From Candidatus Peregrinibacteria bacterium RIFOXYB2_FULL_33_20 (GTDB taxonomy: Bacteria > Patescibacteriota > Gracilibacteria > UBA1369 > GWF2-33-10): a stretch of 40,000 nt of DNA. This document shows positions 34,031-40,000 of this stretch, in pieces. The position numbers were made by a program, and so were the translations under genes. Within the stretch, counting starts at the first letter, position 1. Each line of letters starts with the position of its first letter. The DNA lies in contig MFXK01000017.1 of the NCBI GenBank assembly GCA_001788835.1, positions 42,285 to 82,284 on the forward strand, read 5' to 3'. A model generated the notes under the pieces. The model had not been told where the DNA came from and searched no databases. It saw only the letters and a program-made list of their open reading frames with translations.

Positions 34031-35335
34031 TTAAGAGTGAATTTTAGAAATTTCATAATTGATTAAGCCCAAAGCTTCTTGTAAATTTTGCTTCGCTTCA
34101 TATTCTGTATCCCCTGAAACAGTGACAAAACCCAGATATTCATAACCATCTGGAGGCACTAGCAAGGTATCACCTTCTTTTTTAAAAAATTCTAATTTTT
34201 GCAAATAACTTTTCTGATGAATACGCTCATCAACATGCAATCTTTTCACTACGCCTGAATGATCAGACATCAAATCAAATCCAGCAAAACATTGCTTGGC
34301 TTGTGATGATTTAATCACTTTAACATCTTCTCCCAAAGCTATTTTTATTGCCTGTTCAATCAAATCAATACCCCATGCCCCTAATACAAAATCTCTCACT
34401 TCATCCCCCCCCATGCGTAAATTTACTTCAATCGGCACCGCCCCTTCCTTTGTCGATTTAGCTTCAAAATGGATACAGCCATCAGTAACAGAAAATTCCT
34501 TCAACACTTTCACCGCCATAGCATACAAATCATCCTGTTCATCAACAGGCAGCCGTGATGGAATATTAAATCCTGTCTCAATAAAATAAGGTTCACAAGT
34601 TTCTAAATTATCAGAAATAGAATAAAATTTAACCTCACCATTTTGAATCAAAATATCAATATCCACTTCACTGCCGCTAATATATTCTTCGACTATAATT
34701 TTGGCATCTTTCGTTACATATTGTTTATTGGCAGGCACCTTCAATCTTATCGCTTCATATTTTTCAATTAAATCATCTTTATTGTCAGCCTTGATCACAA
34801 AGGCACTGCTTGAACCATGGGTAGGCTTCACTACCACCGGAAATGTCAAAGTGGTGAGCGCGGTGTGCAAATCTTTTGCTGAATCTATCAAAACACACTT
34901 GGGCGCATGTACATCATATTTCTCACAAAATTTTCTAAATAAAAATTTATTCTTAAAATTTTCTACCACTACCGATTTAAGGCCCTTAAGACCATATTTA
35001 TCAGCAATTTTGGCGACCAATAACGGTTCGTTATTGTAACTTTCACAAAATGTAATAACTCCATCAATTTTCACTGCTGGATGCAAAGTCAAGAAATCTG
35101 ACAAATCATGCAAAGCTTGATCATGATTAGAAACATCAGTAAAAATCCAGTGACTGATATAAGGCTCAGCCCAATTGATCTGTTTATGTAAGACAATAAT
35201 ATTTACACCTAATTCTTTGATGCGTTTCAAAATGAACTCTTTGCTTGGAAAACCGGTATTAACAAGGAGAATAGTTTTATTATTAGCCCCCAACGGGTCC
35301 GGAGGAGGTTCTTCGTTATTTATATCAACTATCAT
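34031..35335 (-). CDS. ATP-grasp ligase, L-amino-acid-ligase / carnosine-synthase-like, paralogue 3 of 3 (most divergent)
   Basis: 434 aa with the same motif set (NKTILLVNTG, FPVVVKPTHGSSS, VEEYISGSEVDIDIL, PIEVNLRMGGDEV). First gene of the minus-strand run, with a 147-nt AT-rich upstream region. Confidence 0.8.
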   Translation of the reverse strand: MIVDINNEEPPPDPLGANNKTILLVNTGFPSKEFILKRIKELGVNIIVLHKQINWAEPYISHWIFTDVSNHDQALHDLSDFLTLHPAVKIDGVITFCESYNNEPLLVAKIADKYGLKGLKSVVVENFKNKFLFRKFCEKYDVHAPKCVLIDSAKDLHTALTTLTFPVVVKPTHGSSSAFVIKADNKDDLIEKYEAIRLKVPANKQYVTKDAKIIVEEYISGSEVDIDILIQNGEVKFYSISDNLETCEPYFIETGFNIPSRLPVDEQDDLYAMAVKVLKEFSVTDGCIHFEAKSTKEGAVPIEVNLRMGGDEVRDFVLGAWGIDLIEQAIKIALGEDVKVIKSSQAKQCFAGFDLMSDHSGVVKRLHVDERIHQKSYLQKLEFFKKEGDTLLVPPDGYEYLGFVTVSGDTEYEAKQNLQEALGLINYEISKIHS

Positions 35336-35482
35336 ATAAAAAAAATACTTCTATAAATTTATTTACTCCTTTGTATATATTTTGCAAGAGATTTTAAGTT
35401 AAAATGATCCAAATCAAAATTTGAATTTTTAATTATTTTCTGTTAGATTGTACTCTTCTTTTTTTAAAAAAATTTTTAAATT

Positions 35483-35860
35483 ATGGAAATTATAAGTCAT
35501 GAGTCTCGTCAATCTTCCAGTCAGTCACTAATACCTCCTCTTAATATACAAAATTTAAGAGGCATATTGAAAACATATCCTGAAGTATTTTTAAACACAC
35601 CTGTAATGCTAACTCACCTCGCTAATTTAGTTGACAGTTGTGGAGAAGGGCTTCCATTAAATATGCATTTAGAGGCGGAATTTAAGAAGCTATGGGCAAC
35701 AATTATTGGGAAAAGCAGGCAGGATCTTCGTGAATATTTAGTGAAAATTTTCAAATCAGATATAATAGAATTTACATTATTTCCTGATTTACTACGAAAA
35801 TTTGCAGATATATTAAGAAAGGCAAATGACAAGGAAACAGATGATATTTTTGAAAATTAG
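35483..35860 (+). CDS. Hypothetical protein
   Basis: 125 aa ORF, the only plus-strand gene between 28472 and 40000. No motif recognised. Predicted helical and soluble from composition. Confidence 0.5.
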   Translation: MEIISHESRQSSSQSLIPPLNIQNLRGILKTYPEVFLNTPVMLTHLANLVDSCGEGLPLNMHLEAEFKKLWATIIGKSRQDLREYLVKIFKSDIIEFTLFPDLLRKFADILRKANDKETDDIFEN

Positions 35861-35948
35861 TAAAAACCAGAATCTAGAATTTATTATAATTATCCGTCAA
35901 GATTTTCATTCAAAATCTATTCACGATAAATCTTTTCGATACTATTAA

Positions 35949-37289
35949 TTACTCCTCTAAATTTGTATCTCCAAAAGATATTGGTAATAATTCTTCAATA
36001 TCATTTTTTACCAAAACATTACCTGTACTGGAAACCATAATAAATCTATGCTCCTCTCCTGGTTTTGCAAAATCTCTTAATGCTTGACGACATCTGCCAC
36101 AAGGAGCGGTTGGTATACTGGATTCAATCCCGGCAGGTTTACCGATAGTCACTATTTTTTTGAATTTTTTCTTATCTCCTTCTAATTTAGCTAAAGCTAT
36201 TCGTTCAGCGCATATACCATCTCCATTGCTTCTTTCACCATTAGCGCCCACATAAATTTCCCCTGTTTCAGCCTGTACAGCCGCGCCAACTACAAAACGG
36301 TAATGCTTGCTTTGAGCCATAGTTTCCATTGCTTCTCTTGCGCTTCTTACCAATTCCTGTTCGTCTTCAGGTAATTCATCAACAGTTAAATATGGCTTAT
36401 AATTGATTGACACACCTTTTTCCTCTATATCTTTATTAAGATAATCCATAACAATTCGTTCTGCATTACCGGAAAATTTCTTTAATTCTTCAGGCGTTGA
36501 AGTAATTTGATCGCCATTAAACCGATTTACAATTACTGTGCATATAACCGCCGCCGGTATACCTGCTGCTAAACAAAAAGCCGCTATTTGTAACGCTTCC
36601 ATTTCTATATTTCTTACTCCAGCTTCATAAGCTTTATGCAAAAACGCCATAGCTTCTTCTGATGTATATAGTGGTTTTAGAGCGCCATCAAGACGTCCCT
36701 GCTCTTCATAAAAACCGTCACAACTCATGGTTTTACCCATCACAGTTACTATATCTCCTCGCGCCGCAAATATTCTCTCAGTTAATGCTCGATTTATTTG
36801 TGTCGGACGTTTCACTTTTTCCCCAAAAATTGTTCTTTCATCTTCAGCTTTAAGTTCACCATTTACCGCTTCTGAAGTAACTACTACTGTACCTGGTTCC
36901 ACTCCCAAACTACCAGAAGTACCTATTCGAATATACTCATAATAGGGACATTTAGCGTGTTCTAAAAGTTTGGTTATTTCATTCAAAGGAAGACTAGCAG
37001 ATGGAGCTCCAATTCCATGGGATACGATTAGAATCGGACCTACTTTATACAATGAATATCTTTCTTTTGTGCCAATTGGCTGTAATCCTCCAAATGGCAA
37101 TTCAAATCCAAATTCTTTTACTAATTGTTCCGCAAAATTCTTTACTCTATCAGCACTCCCAGACATACAAACATATCGCACATCTCCAAACATTCCTTTG
37201 AGAGGCATCGTATTATTCAAGCCTAAATGATGTAAATAATCCACATCTAATTCTTTTAAATAAGGATTTTGAACTGATTCTGCTATCAT
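35949..37289 (-). CDS. Bifunctional fusion: eukaryotic-type uridine phosphorylase (N-terminal) + cytidine deaminase (C-terminal)
   Basis: 446 aa. The N-terminal ~300 aa are collinear with UPP1-type uridine phosphorylase (FGDVRYVCMSGSADRVKNFA, YKVGPILIVSHGIGAPSAS, IRIGTSGSLG.EPGTVVVT, FYEEQGRLDGAL, AGVRNIEMEA, NRFNGDQI). The C-terminal ~135 aa carry the cytidine deaminase zinc motifs CAERIALAKL and PCGRCRQAL, plus LLPISFG. Confidence 0.85.
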   Translation of the reverse strand: MIAESVQNPYLKELDVDYLHHLGLNNTMPLKGMFGDVRYVCMSGSADRVKNFAEQLVKEFGFELPFGGLQPIGTKERYSLYKVGPILIVSHGIGAPSASLPLNEITKLLEHAKCPYYEYIRIGTSGSLGVEPGTVVVTSEAVNGELKAEDERTIFGEKVKRPTQINRALTERIFAARGDIVTVMGKTMSCDGFYEEQGRLDGALKPLYTSEEAMAFLHKAYEAGVRNIEMEALQIAAFCLAAGIPAAVICTVIVNRFNGDQITSTPEELKKFSGNAERIVMDYLNKDIEEKGVSINYKPYLTVDELPEDEQELVRSAREAMETMAQSKHYRFVVGAAVQAETGEIYVGANGERSNGDGICAERIALAKLEGDKKKFKKIVTIGKPAGIESSIPTAPCGRCRQALRDFAKPGEEHRFIMVSSTGNVLVKNDIEELLPISFGDTNLEE

Positions 37290-37312
37290 AAAGGTAAAGT
37301 AAAAAATATTTA

Positions 37313-38410
37313 TTAATTTTGAACAGGTACCATTCGAGAAATATTTCCATTTCTTGATTCCACTAAAATCTTTTTAATTATATTTAATAATTCAACCTTC
37401 ATTTGATTAGCTTTCCTTTGTACTTCTTCTCCATCTAATTGAGCAACAAAACCATTTGGGCCTAAAGATGCCGCATAATTAGTTAAAACACTAAAAAATA
37501 AAATCAAATTTTGGAAAGCAGGATGTTTTTTTGATTGCATTGCATGAAAAATTGTTAACAATTCATATACTGTAGACATACCTACAACGCCTCTTGCCTG
37601 ACCTTGGAACCATTCGTTAAGTCCATTTTGTTGTTGTCCTTGTCGCCAAAAATTTTCAAGTCTTGCGCGCATATCCAAAACAGTAGCAACTGTTTCATAA
37701 TTTGGACCAGGGGCTCTAAAATAAATACCATCTGTTACAGATCCACATATTTCTCTAGCTAAATCTAATATTTTTTCATGAAACGCTACATTATACATTG
37801 CAGTAACAGAAGGAAATCTTACACCACACTCTGATTCATTTTTTCCTTTTAATGGATTATTATCTCCACAATTAACTTCCAAAAAATCATTAATCAACAT
37901 AATAGAAGGTTCTTTTAATGTATTTGGAGTAAGAATCCCAGCCGCATTTGAACCAATAATAGTTTGCACTCCTAATAACTGCATCAATCTCAACCAAATA
38001 ATTGCTCGTTTAGGATCAGTGCCTTCATATAAATGTTCTCGGCCATCTTGAACTATAAGTGGTTTATCTCCTAAACCTACAATCGGACCTATGATAAGTC
38101 TTTTTTTGTGTCCAGTATCATTTTCACCAGAATCTCTGCCAAAAAGTATATATAAAAAAGCCCTTACTTGATCAGACCAACCAATTATTCCAGCTTCTTT
38201 TAATACGTCTTCATAAGTCAAAATAATAGGACCGCTAGGTTCACCAGCCTTTTCGATATTCATATTTTCTTCTGGAATGGCACCAGAACCAGAACCTATA
38301 ATGATGGCTTCATCTATTTCGTCAAAATTAAGACCATGATCTTCTCCCCTTCTTACCACAACATCTCGTAAACGACTTACAGAATCATATCCATATTTTT
38401 CTTTAGTCAT
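37313..38410 (-). CDS. Purine nucleoside phosphorylase (trimeric, human-PNP-type, PNP/MTAP family)
   Basis: 365 aa. AIIIGSGSG, DGREHLYEG (GRFHxYEG), IGSNAAGIL (TNAAGGL), NPLKGKNESECGVRFPSVTAMY (NPLxGPNDxxFGxRFPxMSxAY), APGPNYET (GPSFET), VVGMSTVYE (GMSTVPE). Longer than the usual length I recall (under 300 aa) because of internal insertions. Confidence 0.85.
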   Translation of the reverse strand: MTKEKYGYDSVSRLRDVVVRRGEDHGLNFDEIDEAIIIGSGSGAIPEENMNIEKAGEPSGPIILTYEDVLKEAGIIGWSDQVRAFLYILFGRDSGENDTGHKKRLIIGPIVGLGDKPLIVQDGREHLYEGTDPKRAIIWLRLMQLLGVQTIIGSNAAGILTPNTLKEPSIMLINDFLEVNCGDNNPLKGKNESECGVRFPSVTAMYNVAFHEKILDLAREICGSVTDGIYFRAPGPNYETVATVLDMRARLENFWRQGQQQNGLNEWFQGQARGVVGMSTVYELLTIFHAMQSKKHPAFQNLILFFSVLTNYAASLGPNGFVAQLDGEEVQRKANQMKVELLNIIKKILVESRNGNISRMVPVQN

Positions 38411-38519
38411 AAACCATCATTTGATTAAAAAATAAGAAAAAAATTTATCATTTAATCAAAAAAAATACAACTAATTTTTGCAATTTTATTTTTTTACTTT
38501 CAATTAAAATTCTTCACAC

Positions 38520-39470
38520 TTAAATCAAATTAAACAAATATCCAATCAAAATAATACCAACGCCAACTGTGCCAAAAAAGATTGTTAGAAGTTTCATGGA
38601 AATAACTTTTTTGAGCATTATTGCTTCAGGCAGTGATAATCCAGCTATAGCCATCATAAAAGCTAAGGCTGTTCCAAGAGGTATTCCTTGAGCTGTCAGA
38701 GCAAAAATAATTGGTACGAGAGTGGAACATCCTGCATAGATTGGAATGCCTATCAAAGTTGCTATAGGTACTGCCAAAAACGAATTAATTGCAAGATATT
38801 TCTGGAAAAAATCTACTGGCACATAGCCGTGAATCCCAGCTCCTATTGCTACACCTATTAATATAACTATCCAAAGTTTTTTGAAAGTTGTTATACTTTC
38901 AGTAAAAGCAAATTGGAATTTACCCTCAATAGTTTTTGGCAAATAAGTTAAAGATAATTTTTCACCTTTATTATTTCTAAATTTCAAAATTACTTCTTTC
39001 TCAAGATTCATTTTTCCAAGAATTAAACCTGCAATAACACCTAAAAAAATTCCAGCTAAAGCATATAAAATTGCAATCTTCCATCCAAAAGTTCCACCCA
39101 TAAGAACAAAAACAACCTCATTTACAAGCGGTGAAGTAATTATAAAAGAAAAAGCAATTCCAAGTGGTATTTCCGCCTCCAAAAAACCTATAAAAATTGG
39201 AATTGAGGAACAAGAACAAAATGGAGTAACGGCACCAAGAATTGACGCTGACAAATTACCGATTCCAAATCTTTGTTTAGCTAATGTTTCTTTGATTTTA
39301 TGTGGTGATAAAAAAGTACGAATAAATGCAATAACAAAAACTACTATTAAAATTAAAAAATAAATCTTAATTGTATCGTAAACAAAAAAATTAACACTAC
39401 TAGCTATTCTTGAACCACTATCAAAATTGAGGAATGAATAAACTAACCAATCAGCAAATTGTTGAAGCAT
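38520..39470 (-). CDS. Integral membrane permease (DUF318 / ArsP-YraQ-like, CSC-motif)
   Basis: 316 aa with about 8 hydrophobic helices. GAVTPFCSCSSIPIFIGF is the characteristic two-Cys motif of this predicted permease family. It lies directly downstream of an ArsR-type regulator. Confidence 0.75.
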   Translation of the reverse strand: MLQQFADWLVYSFLNFDSGSRIASSVNFFVYDTIKIYFLILIVVFVIAFIRTFLSPHKIKETLAKQRFGIGNLSASILGAVTPFCSCSSIPIFIGFLEAEIPLGIAFSFIITSPLVNEVVFVLMGGTFGWKIAILYALAGIFLGVIAGLILGKMNLEKEVILKFRNNKGEKLSLTYLPKTIEGKFQFAFTESITTFKKLWIVILIGVAIGAGIHGYVPVDFFQKYLAINSFLAVPIATLIGIPIYAGCSTLVPIIFALTAQGIPLGTALAFMMAIAGLSLPEAIMLKKVISMKLLTIFFGTVGVGIILIGYLFNLI

Positions 39471-39493
39471 ATTATAATTTAATGAATATTCTT

Positions 39494-40000
39494 TTATCTA
39501 CAGCAATCATTATTTGACTTGCAACATTTTTTCTCTTTACTTTGAACCTTGCAATCATTACCAGAACAACAACTTTGACTATTATTCTTGAAAATATTTT
39601 TTATAAAATTAACAGCAGAGAATTCTTGACTCAAATTTTTGGATAAACATCCAGGACAAATAAATTTATCACTTGTTCCCTCTTCTTTTTCTTGAATTGT
39701 TGCTTGAATCTCAAAAATATTTGCACAATCCAAACATTTATAAGTGTATGTTGCCATATATTTTAAATTATTAATATTTAAAGAATAATGTATCCACTTT
39801 CCTTCTCTTCTTCCTATTATAATTTTTTGTTTCTTTAGTATTCCTAAATGATGAGAAACAAGATTTTGTGACAAATTTAAATGTTCAAATATTTTACAAA
39901 CACATTTTTCACCTGAAATAAGATAAAAAACAATATCAAGCCGAACTTTATTACTTAAAGCTTTTAATACTTCTAATATTTGTTCTTTATTATTTTCCAT
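39494..40000 (-). CDS. ArsR/SmtB-family HTH regulator fused to an FmdB-type zinc ribbon and a poly-Cys tail
   Basis: 168 aa, with the ATG exactly at 40000..39998. ArsR core: LKALSNKVRLDIVFYLISGEKCVCKIFEHLNLSQNLVSHHLGILKKQKII..RREGKWIHYSL. Then, in frame, MATYTYKCLDCANIFE...FICPGCLS (CxxC...CxxC zinc ribbon). Then CCSGNDCKVQSKEKKCCKSNNDCC. Confidence 0.8.
   Translation of the reverse strand: MENNKEQILEVLKALSNKVRLDIVFYLISGEKCVCKIFEHLNLSQNLVSHHLGILKKQKIIIGRREGKWIHYSLNINNLKYMATYTYKCLDCANIFEIQATIQEKEEGTSDKFICPGCLSKNLSQEFSAVNFIKNIFKNNSQSCCSGNDCKVQSKEKKCCKSNNDCCR

Noticed and set aside
31741-34589. Three plus-strand ORFs (31741-31923, 33069-33323, 34296-34589) with mutually similar peptides (…KSQPHAP.TKLQTSSPPIRKFTSIGTAP…), which could be mistaken for a conserved antisense gene family
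   Set aside because: Each lies antisense to the most conserved block (IEVNLRMGGDEV…) of one ATP-grasp paralogue. Their similarity is a mirror of sense-strand conservation. The sense ORFs are full length with recognisable enzyme motifs.
35483-35860. The 125-aa divergent ORF as a precursor peptide (graspetide/RiPP) for the ATP-grasp enzymes
   Set aside because: It is too long and lacks a repeated Thr/Ser...Asp/Glu core motif. The neighbouring ligases have LAL / carnosine-synthase-type architecture rather than the ~320-aa microviridin-type graspetide ligase layout. No small ORF with sensible features lies in 35336-35482.
1-40000. Alternative genetic code (UGA recoded, as in some CPR lineages)
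   Set aside because: Long housekeeping ORFs (ilvD, pyrG, purD, pgk, pepA) are full length and uninterrupted under the standard code, and they end where their families normally end.
1-40000. Diversity-generating retroelement, prophage, transposon or integron content
   Set aside because: I saw no reverse transcriptase, no template/variable repeat pair, no phage structural genes, no transposase or terminal inverted repeats, and no attC-like sites. The repeats found are the microsatellite, the paralogue tract and the small palindromic element.

Overview
This is an AT-rich, gene-dense bacterial chromosome segment read in the standard genetic code. About 95% of it is coding. I found no rRNA, CRISPR array, transposase, integrase or reverse transcriptase.

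The content looks like a reduced-genome, uncultivated bacterium (CPR/Patescibacteria-like). That assignment is inference from gene content only. The supporting pattern is:
- single orphan biosynthetic genes (ilvD, trpD, ribH, gshB)
- core housekeeping genes (pyrG, holA, purD, pgk, pepA, tRNA-Ala)
- many lipoproteins and surface proteins
- nucleoside-salvage enzymes of eukaryote-like type

The best candidate for an undescribed system is a back-to-back triplet of catalytically intact L-amino-acid-ligase / carnosine-synthase-like ATP-grasp enzymes (31404-35335). They sit in one minus-strand gene run with a lone ribH and pgk. Two of the copies share an almost identical nucleotide tract.

Other items worth a second look:
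- a uridine phosphorylase-cytidine deaminase fusion next to a human-type PNP (35949-38410)
- a 1017-aa transmembrane HRDLKPEN kinase with DNS in place of DFG, a perfect (GCTGGA)14 microsatellite encoding (Ala-Pro)14, and a Cys-rich ectodomain
- a two-module toxin-antitoxin islet that includes a DinJ/RelB-type antitoxin paired with a MazF/PemK toxin
- a GC-rich nested-palindrome element inserted in frame in a Cys-rich zinc-ribbon protein
- a hexokinase-family / CYTH-like / Smr gene trio
- an ArsR-zinc-ribbon-polyCys fusion regulator next to a CSC-motif permease

All family calls come from motif recognition by eye. No searches were run.
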